Source: Chiloscyllium plagiosum
Lineage: Eukaryota
Assembly (NCBI RefSeq): GCF_004010195.1
Contig: NC_057753.1
Location: forward strand, 12,403,138-12,467,137
Reading direction: 5' to 3'
DNA length: 64,000 bases
Shown here: one piece after another, positions 39,596 through 52,761 of the stretch
Layout of the letters: each line of letters opens with the position of its first letter
Numbering within the stretch: position 1 is the first letter of the stretch
Notes under the pieces: generated by a model
Told to the model about the DNA's origin: nothing
Databases searched by the model: none
Seen by the model: only the letters and a program-made list of their open reading frames with translations
Translations under genes and position numbers: made by a program

Positions 39596-40479
39596 ATCAG
39601 ACTACCGAGCAACTTGTCAGCGAATGAGCGAGCTGAGGCATTGACAAGCGGTTCATCAATGGCGCGTCCTGATTCTGCCCCTGATTCGTGATGATCTCAT
39701 CCATTCATAATTCTAATAATTGTATTGCGTTAAAGTGAATTCAGATGCATTTTTGCATTCCTACTTTTTGAAGTAGCAAAATACGCAGCAGAGTCATCAC
39801 TGTGAACAACGAAGAAATGAAATCAAGCTATTATATGTGTAAGAAAACACGGGAGGGAAGCATATAGACAGTATGAGGGGTCAGCAAATGGACCACTGCG
39901 GCCAATTAAACAGCAATGAAATCAAAATAAATGATTGTGAACGAAATTTGTGTTTTGTTGTTATCTACTGGGCAGATCAGGATGGCGGAACAAAATCTAC
40001 ACGAGGGCTCAGTGCTTAAAGCTGCTGCCTTAGAAGTCCACCCTTGGACGACTGTCTGTGTGGAGTTTGCATATTTTCACCCCCTATACCCGCCTTTGTA
40101 CCTGCGTGAATTTCCTCAGGTTCCCCGGTTTCTTCCCATAATCCAGGGCATGCAAGTTAGGTGGCTTGGTCCTGAGGAAATGCAGAGTTAGAGGGATATT
40201 CTTCGGTGGTTCTGGGTGGGATCCTGTCACCAGCGAAACAACTGCATATGCTTGTTGTAAACTCTTTGTTATTTTTTGGATTAGTTCTTTTTAAATATTA
40301 AGTCGATGTTCTCGTTCCCCGGAACAAGATGTAAGGTACATTGTTCAGCTTTTGTGACAATATTGCTACATTATGTTCAGAAAGATTTCGATAAAAAAGG
40401 TGCACATAAAACCTTTCCAGTCTGTCACATTTCTATTTTAAATCATTTTGACTGGCCTTGTACTCGCAGGAATTTAAAT

Positions 40480-40875
40480 GAACGTTTGAGGAGGGATCTC
40501 ATTGAAACATCTAAAATCTTGAAGGGACTGGACAGCTTAGATGCTGAGAAAATATTACTGATGTTGGGGAAGTTCAGAAGTAGGGGTCAAAGTCGAAAAA
40601 TAAGTGTAAGCCATTCAGGACTGAGAGAGGAATAATTTCTTCCCTGAGAGTGTTATGAACCTGTGGGGATTTCTGGACCATAGACAGCTGTTGGGGTCTG
40701 TTAATTATCAAGTTTCATTGTGGTGCTGGACAAGGCCTTGCTGTTACAGGGTTCAAGGAGCATGGAGAGAAAATGAGAGCAGTGTACTAAAATTGCATGA
40801 TCAGCCATGACCATACTGAATTTGCTTTAGTTCCGAAGGGCCAAATAGCCTACTCATACACCAGTTTTCTATTCT
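40480..40875 (+). mobile_element. CR1 LINE 3' fragment
   Basis: RLRRDLIETSKILKGLDSLD followed by a CR1-type 3' end. Confidence 0.7.
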
Positions 40876-40963
40876 AGAGCAGCACGAATTGCTGACAGGT
40901 TTAGTAAATGCAGACTTCTTTTCAATCTGCCCCCAGTACATTCAACATTCCTCATTACAACAA

Positions 40964-41382
40964 ATGTTTTGCAGGAGGTTCATTCTGTCTCCTGTCATTG
41001 TGTCGCACAGCCTGCAGAAATACACCGACCTGTTGGTGAAATTCCCCTCACTTTTCAAAATATACAGAAATGCAGAAACTCGATCGCCAACGCCATCTGT
41101 TTTGAAACGGTTACCATCCGATAGGATGGAGGTGACTCTCCACGGCCCTGACAGTACAGTTGCAAAAGGTAGTAGGTAGCAGAAATCGAATAACTGACGT
41201 GAACTCATACTGAGTTTTCTTAAATCTGAGTCTCTGCACTTGGCTCGTGTGAGACCCAGTACACACGACCAAAACCTGCAGAAATTTAGATTTGAAAAAT
41301 ATTTTTTAGCGTTACATTTTAGAATCAATGTAACGGAACACATTGGAAGTGAAGGGAGAGCACAATAAAATAGCAAGTCGTC
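40964..41382 (-). pseudogene. TCR V pseudogene (V exon 41275-41003)
   Basis: Reads GFGRVYWVSHEPSAETQI*..YSISATYYLLQLYCQGRGESP /frameshift/ SILSDGNRFKTDGVGDRVSAFL..SVYFCRLC. RSS is CACAATG(41002-40996)-23-GCAAAACAT. The leader relic starts with ACG. Confidence 0.8.
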
Positions 41383-42799
41383 AGTGTCGCAGACAAGTGA
41401 GAATTATTACAGAGTGGAGAATGTACCTGTTAAGAGAGTCGCAGCAGATGAGGAAATAATAATATTCGAAATGTTTTCAGAGCGAATGGTGGTTTTGAAC
41501 AGAGAGAACTGAAGGTGGATTGTTTTAGTGCAGAGCTGACGGCGCATTTGAATAGAGGGCGCTGACGATGAAATGTTGCACCTGAGAGGTGAGATGGGAT
41601 CCAATTTTGGTTCACGGCTGCCAGCGTCAGTTGATGGCGTCCAATCAGATTTCAGCTCCTTTTCCCACAATTCATGACGTCTGAACAAGGAGCGGGAACA
41701 ACCTGTAATTTTTCTCATTCCAGTGAACTGCAGATAATAATGTTTCTCAGAACTGTCCCAATTGATTTTATTTTCTAATCATTTAACACAATTTGTCTCG
41801 CATAAATTCGGGGACCAAGAAATGACCAAAACAAACGCGAAGAACAGTGTGCTGCAAAGCCCTCAAGCACCGACATCGAGGACATTAAATTGAGCTTGGT
41901 TCAATAAGTTAGTGGAATCTTTTTGGGCAACTCAGAAATTATTCCATTTGTGATATGAGCCAACGTTCTACTCAATGTCCCTGTTCCTCACTGTGATCAC
42001 CTGCACGCACTGTACCTACTTGTGATTGATACAATATGAACCACATCAATAGCACCTCCTACAAAATGACCCAGCAGATGAATTGATGCTGTTGTCAGTT
42101 TAAATGGTGCTACGTGTCGCTGTCCTCCTGGTGAGCTTCAATGTGCTTTAATGTGGTAGCGATTATACTCCAGCCGACGGTGGCACTGTGCCATGAAAAA
42201 TAAAAAGACGAAGAAACCAGGAAAGAAACCGTAACATTGTTAATGAATTATTATTCCACCGCACAATTTTTCTCCCACCACTGCTGCCAACACCTTCTGA
42301 GTAAGATTTCAGACAAATCCGTAGACGCTTCAGATGAACATTTGCAATGTTTTGAACTTCTACCAATGCGGACACAGAGACAGACAGACCAACAATGCAC
42401 AGCGAAATACACACATATGAAAGTATACTCAAAGAGACACAAAAACGAATATGGACACAAAACCACGGTTACAACCCCACGCACATACACGTGAACACAG
42501 GTGCGTGTGCACATATGGACACACACACACACGCGCACACTCGCCCACACACAGATACACAAACGGACTGAAACACAGAAGCGTGCATAAACAGACATTC
42601 AGACATAGACACATGAACATTTATCCATCCTGTTGGAGAGTGAAATATTTTTATGGCAGAGGAAAATGTCATTTGGAGCATCAACAAGTAGAATTTAATT
42701 AATCTAATCTCATCTTTCATCTCTTCATCAATTGCCTTCTGTGACTTGGCATCGCAATTCCACACCTGAGCAAGTCTAAAATATCGTCAGTTATTTTTG

Positions 42800-44100
42800 T
42801 ACCTCCACCAAACTCAAGACAGTGAATTGCAGATTCCCAAACCCTCTGGCTGACCTAAAAATACTCAGATCTCCTCTGAACTTCCTGCTCCTTATCTCCA
42901 TTTGTGTAGCAGCCACTGAGCCCTCCACTATTTTGAAACTTTCATTTCTGTCTATTCTATCTACGCCTCTCAAAAGTTTTAAATTCTCAATTACTCCTTC
43001 CCTAAAGTCTCCTTTGCTGAAAGGAAAACAAGCTTCGACTTTCCATGCTCTTTTCATGACTAAAATACTTGAACTCAATTCACATATGCAGGTCTCCTCT
43101 CAATCTTCTGTAGTGCAAGACAATCTCTCTTAAAACTTGGATTACAGACACGGACACAATAATATAGTTGCAATCGAACACAATCTTACACATTTCCACC
43201 ATTACGTCCACGCTGTAAACTCGATGATTCATCTACTAAAGTCAAGATTCTCAGTTGCCATTGTACCCTGTCCTACTACCTTGAGGGACCATTGGATATT
43301 CATTCTTAAATCCTTGTGGTAGGCAGAGCTTCTGAATGTTCTATAGTTCGTCATGTGTTCCTTTGCTTGTTTGTCCTGTTACATCAATAATTTCATATTT
43401 GTTGGACCGAATTCAATTTGCCTCTGATCAGCTAACCTGATGTACCCGTCGATCTCCTCCTGGAATCGAAGATGAACTTCTTCACTATTCATCAAAATTT
43501 AGATCTTCATACCATCCACGAACTTACTGAACAACACGCTCAACGTTAATGTCTGAATTTTTAAAATCTCAACCAAAAGAAAAAGGTCTACAACACTGTG
43601 GAACACAACTGAACACAGGTTTCTGGTCAGGCAAAAAAACAAATCACTCCAAACCATTAGCGTATTCTTCTTGTTTTTCTCTGGACTTGGAAAACAAATA
43701 GTCCAATTTATCTATATTCCATGGGCTTTTAACCTTGCATCCCCTGGGGTCTTTTTCTTGCTATCAATCTCTCATGAGGGAACTTGTTAAAAGTCTTGCT
43801 AAGGTGTAAGTAGTGTCTGTCAAATGCATTGTCCTCATCTGCACTCCTGGTCACCTATTCGAAAACCTCAATCAAGTTGGTCAGTCACGTGTTTCCCTTC
43901 AGAGCACAATGCTGTCTGTTCTTAAATAATCCCTACCTCTGCAAGTGCGCATTACTCGTATCTCTCAGAATTGCGTAATAGATTTTATCCATCAGTGAGG
44001 TTAGCTGGTCTGCATTTTCCGAATCAATGCCTTCTTTATGCATATTGAATTCTCGCAAAATACTAAAGAAAATGTCCTACTTAGGCCATAACGTGGTGCC
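42800..44100 (-). mobile_element. Decayed CR1 LINE
   Basis: KLLRGVDRIDRNESFKIVEG.. plus degenerate RT-region similarity to 53470-55370. Confidence 0.6.
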
Positions 44101-44974
44101 CTGTTGTCTGTGTGCGTCTCTAGCTTTGTGTGACTTCCTCTCCTGGCATTTAGCTGGAATAGTGACTACCATTTCACATTTATCACTCTTCTGTTACATT
44201 CTCTGTGTACTACTCAGTTCTTATTACACTCTGATATATCTTTATTGGTGCTTCACTTTCATTCCATTTTTCCAATGCATTCTCTCTATGTCCGTGTAAT
44301 CAGCATCACTTTGATTTGAGAGATCATAATTAAATAAACATCACCTGCAGACGACGGCCTTTAACCTCAATTTCCCTCGTGTTCTGATCAATTGCAAGGT
44401 GCTGAGAAGAACTTCCACAACAAGACAGATATATTGAGTGATTTCAGTGAAGTAGAATAAGTTTGGCTGTAAATTATGCTTTCGTTGGCATAACATTAAG
44501 TGTGAATGACATTGCTGTGGAAGTGGCGTATATCTCAGCTCAGCCAGACCAGGTGAGGATAAAAGCTTCCTTTCCTGAAGGACTTTAGTGAACCAAAAGG
44601 CTGTTTTTTTCACAAGTATTTGTTGGACATCATTACTTCTTGGTCTTCGTATTTTGGAAAGTGTAATTTCCAACATGGTACCTGGTCCTCATGTGGGGAA
44701 TGTGGTTTGAGGGTCTGTATTTTGAATAGAACAGGTTGTTGGGCCACAAGGCTTTGCTATTGGCTACAATAATCGGGGTTGGTGTACGTGGGTATTATGG
44801 GGGCACACGTTGACATAGAATACGATAAACTATCACAAAATGAAGGAGTGAAGCATTTCAAAAATATTCTTGAGAGTAAGAAAATTGGTAATTTGTGAAA
44901 ATGCGTATCATGGATGGGAGTTTAGTGACAGTAACTACCTCAGTGTGTATCAAGTCTTTGAGATTCTGCATGTA

Positions 44975-45620
44975 AATTTGCACACTGAGCTGGAAGATTC
45001 GTTTTCAGACGTTTCGTCACTATGCTAGGTAAAATAATCAGTGTGCGTCACCTGGGGCACTGGTGTTTGGGATCCGCTTTCTATTTGTGTGTTTAGTTTT
45101 CTGTGGGTTGATGATGTAATTTCCGGCAGTGATGCCATTTGCTGTGTTGATGTCATTTCCTGTTCTTTCTTCTCAGAATGTGGTAAATGGGGTCCAAGTC
45201 AATGTGAATGTTGACAGCTTTCCAGTTGGAATGTTATGCTTCTTGGCATTCTCTTGCATGTCTCTTTTGGCTTGTCCTAGGATGGATATATTGCTCCCCC
45301 CGAAGTGGTGTTCTTCCCGATCTGTATGAAAGGATACTCGTGAGAGTGGGTCATATCTTTTTGTGGCTAGTTGATGCTCATGTGTCCTGATGGCTAATTT
45401 TCTGCCTGTTTGTCCATTGCAGTGTTTGTTACAGTTCTTGCCAGGTATTTTGTAAATGACATTAGTTTTGCTTGTTGTCCGTGTTGAGTCGTCCAAGTTC
45501 ATTAGCTGCTGTTTTAGTATGTTGTGTGTCTGTGGGCTACCATGACGCCCACATGTCTGAATAGTCTGGCAGTCACTTCTGAGGTGTCTTTGATGTAGGG
45601 GAGTGTAACTCGCTAAGTCT
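44975..45620 (-). mobile_element. Penelope-like element fragment (GIY-YIG)
   Basis: KTNVIYKIPGKNCNKHCNGQTGRKLAIRTHEHQLATKR; same family as 1630-2797 and 5383-6033. Confidence 0.8.
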
Positions 45621-46985
45621 ATGAGAGCCAATTCTTCTCCTTGCACTCGCAGGAAATTACTAATGGTACATAACAGTGAGATGGAAGAACCAGAGATAAG
45701 ATGTGAGCTGAGGGAAGGAACGATTTTGGAATAGGTGTCTTCAAATGTCTGGAATCCTCTGCTTCACAGTGGACTTCAACCATGTCCCAACTTGAGATCT
45801 GGTTTGTTTGGGGAGTACTTTGAACAGACAACAATGGAGGAAATATATTTCACATTTTTTTCAAGTTGTATTATAAACTAGCTCCTGTCAGAAATGGTGA
45901 GTTCCTCCCTTGAGTTATTTCCTCACCCAGCTGAAATAAGTTGAAGTACTACAATATTTCTCGTACTGAAAACCGTGTTTGTCAATATCGATAATAATAA
46001 TACGCCCCAATACGCCATTAGGTGGAGCACTTGCACCATTAGGTCATTCACTCATAAAAAGAGCGAAATGCCATCTAGAGACCGTGAATGTACAAATGAA
46101 GTGAACAACAAAACTTTGGCCAAATGCATAGTTCCTGCCTTCCTCAAAAAGAAAATTAATAAAATACCACAAGCTTATAACACTAACAGATAATAGAAAT
46201 AAATGAGTGTTTAATGTAATATTCTGCAGAGTAGTCACTGGACTGTAAATGCCAAAATAGCTTTTACTTCAAAATGCTAACAGACGTGTTTAGTTTCTCC
46301 AAACATTTGCATCTTTGAGAATTTATTCTTGATTATTTGAATAAGGTTGCAGAAAGAGATAATTCTGATGCAGAAACTGCAGAAGAAGCTGATGATGTTG
46401 TTACTGTGTTAAAGAATCCGAGGTTTATCAACAGGAGAGTAAACGTAAAAGATGCAGACTAAACAATAATAACACACACCATTCCTAAGGACACAGTTCA
46501 AACAGATGTACTGGGTTATGTGTCTTCTTGAAGATCACATTACTCTGCAGGCTGTCGTGATGTGAAGAATGGGATGGACAGATAAGATATCTCCTAGAAA
46601 GGAAAGAAAGGCAAGTAGGGAGACAATGATGATGGAAGGCTGGAAGGACGTCTGTGACTAAGGAATGATGAGATGGAAAAATGAAAGACTGAAGAAAACA
46701 GTATAAACAAATATTGCCTTGGAGTAGACCAATGAAGATTGGGAGAAGTGAGAGTGGATCTAAATCAGAAGTTCGCTTCTTGCCCAGAAGTAAATCATTT
46801 CCAATAGTTGTGCATTCTTTCAGGCTTTGTCTTTGATGTCTGTTAAGCAGGGGAATGGGCTTTATATAACGTTACGAATCTTGTTTCTGTCCATTAAATT
46901 GCTGCTTCAGGATGTATAAGGGAGTAGTGCAGACTGGGCAACTTTGATGGGAAAGAATCAAATGAAGTGATTTCCAAACCCCTCA

Positions 46986-49237
46986 TCATTTAAAGAGTCT
47001 GGCGAGGGTAACAAAGGGGTATATCAGAATTTTCTTCATCTGTTTTCGAAACAAGTTCTGAGAGACCATATAGATGAAGACGTTGTTGCAAGAACTAAGT
47101 AACTCGAGTGTATTGGTCGTCTCTTAAAAGATGTATAACGGGTCACTGAAATCCAGCCCATTAAAGTAACTCTCACCTTTAATCCGCACATATATAAAAT
47201 GTACGAGAAGAGGAGACCACATGAGGAGGAAGCTTAAAGAGATGGCAAAAAGTAGGGCAATGGACCTTCGGCGATTAGCCATCTCTGGACCTTGTCCCTT
47301 AGCAGCACCCCAGAGCCTCCTGCGGGCTCTGTTGGCCGCTAGGATGTGTCTTATTGTAAGGACGTTGAGCAACAGAATGAGGAAGAATGGGAGAAAAGGG
47401 GTCAAGATCCGAAACAACCAATCATAAAACTGCCAGACTGGCCAGGTATAGAAGTTTGCTTTGACGATGCAAAACCAGGGTACCCCGTCCAGAACGAACA
47501 AGGGCTGGAATGCAAGGTAGAAAGGAAAGTTCTTGATGCAACTCAGGACACAGATCATTCCAATGACGAGCGATGCAGTTTTCTCGGTGCAGTATCTTGT
47601 CTTCAGTCTCTGATAGCAGATGGCCACAAAACGGTCGATGGTAAAGGCGACTGTCAGTCAGACCGAACAATCCAAGGTAGCATAGACCAATACGACACTG
47701 AGAGTGCACACAGGAGTGGTGGACAAGACACTTTGTCGAAAATAGATGCGGCTGATTCGGTTGAGGATAAGTGCGGTGGTGATGACAAGGAAATCACTCA
47801 CTGCGATTGCCACCAGGTAGTAGGTGATGCATCGGGAGAGACCACACCTTCCTTGAGATAGAATTATGATCGCCAGCAAGTTTGCTGTGATAAATCAAAA
47901 GACAGCGACAGTAATGAATTACTCAAAGCACCAGCTGTTGACGCATGCAATTTTTTATGAAACAGTCTTTGAACATAACCTTGCCATCCCGAGTCTCTTC
48001 CTGTTTTGAAATAATTGTCAAGTGTTGTTCAACACATGCAGCATCAAATTTCTGTCAATGCACCTGACGAAGGAATAGCACTTCAAATTCTTGTCATTTC
48101 AAGTAAACCCGTTGGTCTATAACCTGGGGTCATGTCAGTTTTGTCTTTCTCCACTCCAACACAACACCGCATCTCCACATCAACTGTCAGTGTGATCAGC
48201 CCAGGAATAAACATCCCTCTCTGGTCACTGAGTTAAGGCCAGTAGCTACTAGTTCAGGTCGGGATAAACAGCATAATGTGGTTGCCATGAAATCATTCAT
48301 ATCAAGCACAGGCCAACCTTTAATCCATAAACATTGTCCGAAGTTGGCTGCTCACCAGTGATGTCTCACCCTTTACAATCACATGCTTCAATTTTTCTGA
48401 AGCACCAGCATTTGGCCACATCCATTCCCTTACCATCATATAACTGTCTGAAATCTCACGTTAACTTATTCTATCTTCTGTTCCTTCCTCAAATTAATAT
48501 TGCGAATTGTGTTGGTTATAGATGTAGTGAGTAAAACCCAAATTGATGGAATTTTCACCTGAGCAGCTCAGCTTCTGCTCTTTTCTTACGACGTTCATTT
48601 GAACAACACAATGGTGTCGTCCATTGGGAACTCAATACCCTATTACATCATCCCACAGCACATAGTGTAAATTCTGTTAATCACTGAATGTTGATTTTTA
48701 TTACAAAACATCTCCTTAAATACTACCACAAACTACTTCATATTCAGATACTGCAATGAAAGCCATACGCACTGTGATAAATAATTCATCCTACAATCAA
48801 CTGGATTGCATTTTACCGAATTGGACTGGACCCGAATCTGTGGCAATATTACACTTTAATGTTCATGCATTGTCATTCACCACAAATTTCAGTTCAGCGT
48901 CTCATAGTTAATTTTTCTATAAGTACACAGCATGCAAAATGGAAGAACACAATGCCCTTCGTTATAATTACATTGGAAATAATTTACGATGATTTTTCAG
49001 AGTACAGATGTTATTTCCTAATTTATTATATAGATTAGAGACCCATTGAAGGTCCTTAAAATAAAACAGTTGCATATTGGAAAAATTCTACCGAATCCTG
49101 GAAGGAAAAGGAATAAACTGGAAATACGCGATTAGCTAATCGATTTTTTCGAGAATCAGTGACTTACCAGGGCCACCAACAGCAGCGAGAATTGAATAGC
49201 AAATGACAAAGAATGGGGCAATGACTGCCTCATGCAT
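46986..49237 (-). pseudogene. GPR139-like class A GPCR pseudogene, two exons (49237-49168 and 47884-46986)
   Basis: Exon 1 MHEAVIAPFFVICYSILAAVGGP with GTAAGT donor. Exon 2 NLLAIIILSQGRCGLSRCITYYLVAIAVSD..CSV*LTVAFTIDRFVAIC..NRRRSIALLFAIS..PLYIF*ETTN..SSCNNVFIY..FK*. The full 7TM frame has two in-frame stops (47658-47660, 47124-47126) and no frameshift that I could see. Confidence 0.85.
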
Positions 49238-49999
49238 CTTCGTTCAGAAACTGCAGGAGTTGTCGCTGTGGAGGGTTGCTCTGCGACATATTCAAATGGT
49301 CCCTCATTTATTCAGAGTGATTGTCGCAAGAGGGGGAATTAAGGTGCAGCATGCAGCTGACTTACATTTCTTTGAACAAAGAGATTACGTCACTGCTCAT
49401 GCCTTCCAACAAGGCGAATAACTGTATTTCCCTTAGGGGATAGGCTCACAACTTCACAACATATAACGTTGAGTTTTGCAGTAGTGATTCCGCTGATGGT
49501 AAACACTTAATTGAGCCTCTTTCTTCTTCCCAATTCTGCCATTTTCCAGATTAATCTTCATTTTAAGCGTCCATTTACTTCATCATTGCGTTCACTTATA
49601 TGTGTTTTAGTGCCTAATACTTTAACACTTCTTCAACATTTCCATAAATTTACCGTTGAACGTTTGGAAAACACATTTAACAAACAAACGACCTCAACAT
49701 TGTAACGACCATCAAATGCAAATTTAAGTAACGCTGAATCTGAAAAATTCTTCATTTGATCAGATGAATCACAAGTGCAAGAAGGCGTTCAAATGCTGAA
49801 GGTTCTGCCGAGTGTTTCTGCTACGAAAATAGTTGACCATTTTCAATATTTAATATAACGAGAGAAACATCAGGTTAAAGAGTGATTGGAAGTTTGCTTC
49901 AAAATATAGTGCCAAGTTCATCGACTACACAGACATGGTTAATATATTGCAGAAAGCGTCGTATCGTTGTGCATTAGCAAATGAGATGAAATCATTTAC

Positions 50000-50790
50000 A
50001 ATTTTCAGAGGGACAGAGGTCTTGAAACATTACAAGAATCGCGTATCATTTTATCCAGAGTTACAAACGTCAAGGTTCCAAACGATTTCACACACGATCG
50101 AAACCAATAAATAGCATGTGAATATATAGTGCCATCAACACGCTGCAGAGAAACAACAACTAAGATAGGGCCTGGTTTAATAGAAGCAGCGATGTGGTGT
50201 AGCTTATTACAAACAGAGACAGGTTGCAACATAATGTCAGAAAAAATGATAGAAATTATGCAGTGAAACTAAGCATAAATAATAACACATAGTATTAGTT
50301 CATGCACCATCTAGTCTCATGGAAATAAATAGATGAACAGTTTGAAAAATAACTGTAGAATGACAGAAAGTACAAAACAAACAGAGACAGAAACTGATTC
50401 CGTAAACATTGCAATTGCACAACCAATGGTAGGATCTTGTGCATTTAACAATCGTGTTCTCAGTCTGTTCATCAAGGAGGCACGTACTAGATACATTACA
50501 ACCAGAGTCTTCTGAAACAGTGAGCATATCAGAGCGTGCTTAGATGTAAAATATGCCAGATATAACATTGTGAATGTGTGAATTCTATAAGGGTGTAACA
50601 CTGGCATAAACATTACTTCCAATTAAAAAAATAGATGAAGGAGATAGAGCGAGTAAGGTAATATTTAGCACCTGGGGAAGTAATAATGGAGCCATAGCCA
50701 GAATGGCATTTAAGTTGACAGGCATCAGCAAGATAATAATGAGGTCTGGTAACTCACGAACAAAGATGGAGTCGCATCTATAATTCAAAT
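50000..50790 (-). pseudogene. Heavily decayed 7TM gene, possibly odorant-receptor-like
   Basis: Hydrophobic segments in shifting frames, KTLVVMYLVR (TM3 end-like) and SHAIYWFRS (TM7 PxIYxFR-like). Many stops and frameshifts. Confidence 0.3.
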
Positions 50791-52493
50791 AATTTAAGAT
50801 TTTCCTGTCATGTTCAAAATCTGTTCATAGTGTCCAAGAAGCTCATTCATGTTCCAACATTCTATGTTTCTGCAGTGCATTGTGTAGATTCTGTTACTGA
50901 GTATGTATGACACAGGGAGAGAAGTTTTGTGGAGGCATTGCTCATCCAGTTGACTCCATTTTACTGAATGACATCGAATTTCTCAGTTATTTTTTCAGAA
51001 GATCAGCCACCATCATATGAAATGGCACAGCAGGCTCGAGGATGCAACACACTTCTGTGTTTCTAACTTTTACGTTCGCGCATGACCAACGATGAGATAC
51101 TGTGAGGCTGAAAAAAAAATAGTTTGAACAGGTTGGATCACTTTTCTCCAGAAGACTTGGAACCAGGAGGTGACTAAACAGGAATGCTTTCAATGATGCC
51201 CTGGTTAAGTGAAATGAATTCAGAAAAGCGTTCTTATTCCGTGACAAAGAGCTATCAATAAATGTTTCACTAACAGACTGAACGGAGATATTAAGACAAA
51301 TGCATTCATGCAACGGCAAAATAGAAATACAAGCCCTCATACAAGCAGTAGATGGAACAGGGAACCTAAAGAATGTAGAACGAAATATACGGTTGCATGC
51401 TTCCAACTGTTAGTATATCATTCTGTGTAAAGAGGAGAGAGGTTGATTTGATGTACATACACTGGCGAGGTCAAATAAGGCAAATGCCCTGCGCCTACTC
51501 TGAAGGTTGTGTATAATATAAACTTCAGAGCCAAGGTAGGCCCGGAGAAGGCGGGAGAGAATCAAACAATTAATTGGAGGGAAATTGAGATGGTCATATA
51601 TGCTGAAGAGGAATCTCCCACGAAGTAACAATACAACTGCAGGTGAACCTACAAAAACTTAAACCAACTGACAACTAAGAGACATTCAAACGAAGCTCCC
51701 ACAATGTCACAAGCCACAAACAGAACAAAATAATTGTGAAAATAAAAATAAGAATACTGTGAAAATTCGAAGTAATTTGAAATTGATAATATCGAGATTC
51801 CTTATGGCCAACAATAGATAAGAAAATGGACCAGTAGAACATTACATAACGTATTGATATGTCAAAACTTTTGATCTTTGACAGTCAGTGTTCAATTTAA
51901 ATGAATTTATACTTTTGGTTAGATGTTCATGTGAGCATTGATAGACCCCAAGTGCGTGCATCTCACAAACATTCTTTTTTCAAATTACGTGGACCACTCA
52001 TATCTGAATGCGTATTTGGAATCATGTTTCTTAAGAAAAGTTTATTAAAAAAAGTAATATCATGAAATCAGACAACACAGAAGAATGTTACTCGATATGC
52101 ATGCCAATCCCGACCCATAAAGATGGAAACCAATTAGTGCACAAACATTTGCTGTTTCCCAATAGTCCACCACATACTTCCTGTCCCAGTAATAACCCAA
52201 TTAGAATAGACGAGTTTTTGACGAATCTGATCATGTTATTCACCTCTTGTGAAAATAACACGCCATCTTCTTTACTGATTGATTTTCGATTAACAGTCTG
52301 TCAAGATGTAACAATTTATGTAAGACGCTGGTTTGCATAAATCTCGATTTATTCCCGTGGATATGATGTTTCCTCTGGTGCATTACCAAACAATAAATAT
52401 GATTTAATCTATCAGGTTCTGGATAGAAACAATCCTGCTCAACCCCACCCCAACCCCGAGTGCAGCGTCCAGCTCCTCAAGCCTCTGTCAACA

Positions 52494-52761
52494 TGATTTT
52501 GTGCAGCTCTCTTTGTGCTCTGTGATGCTGGGTATATGTAACCGCAACATATTCAGGTCCTTGTGCAGGTCTCTCCGTGCTCTTTTTCACTGTGTCGCTA
52601 ATTTCCAAGATGAGAAACATTTTTTTCAAAGCTTTCACCGTGCTGTGTATCACTCCATGTTGTTATCTGAGAGCTCTCAGTGATCTGTAAACTCGATGTG
52701 TAATTCCCAGCGTGTTCAGGTTTTTGTGCAGCTCTCTCCGTACTGCATATAACTGTCTGTG
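52494..52761 (-). repeat. Tandem array of four homologous 23-RSS copies downstream of the supporting V-delta
   Basis: + strand nonamer-spacer-heptamer: TGATTTTGT gcagctctctttgtgctctgtga TGCTGGG (52494-52532); GGTCCTTGT gcaggtctctccgtgctcttttt CACTGTG (52556-52594); ATTTTTTTC aaagctttcaccgtgctgtgtat CACTCCA (52619-52657); GGTTTTTGT gcagctctctccgtactgcatat AACTGTC+TGTG (52719-52761). Confidence 0.75.

Noticed and set aside
41830-42070. Plus-strand TNAKNSVLQSPQAP..EDIKLS resembling the start of the 33379-family V exon
   Set aside because: Only FR1-like similarity, with no acceptor, W, YYC or RSS. Left uncalled pending a frameshift-aware search.
42184-42190. Isolated CACTGTG heptamer
   Set aside because: No nonamer at 12 or 23 bp and no adjacent coding segment.
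52494-52761. CRISPR-like repeat-spacer interpretation of the ~62-bp periodic array
   Set aside because: Vertebrate context, no cas genes, and the repeats are explained as RSS copies.
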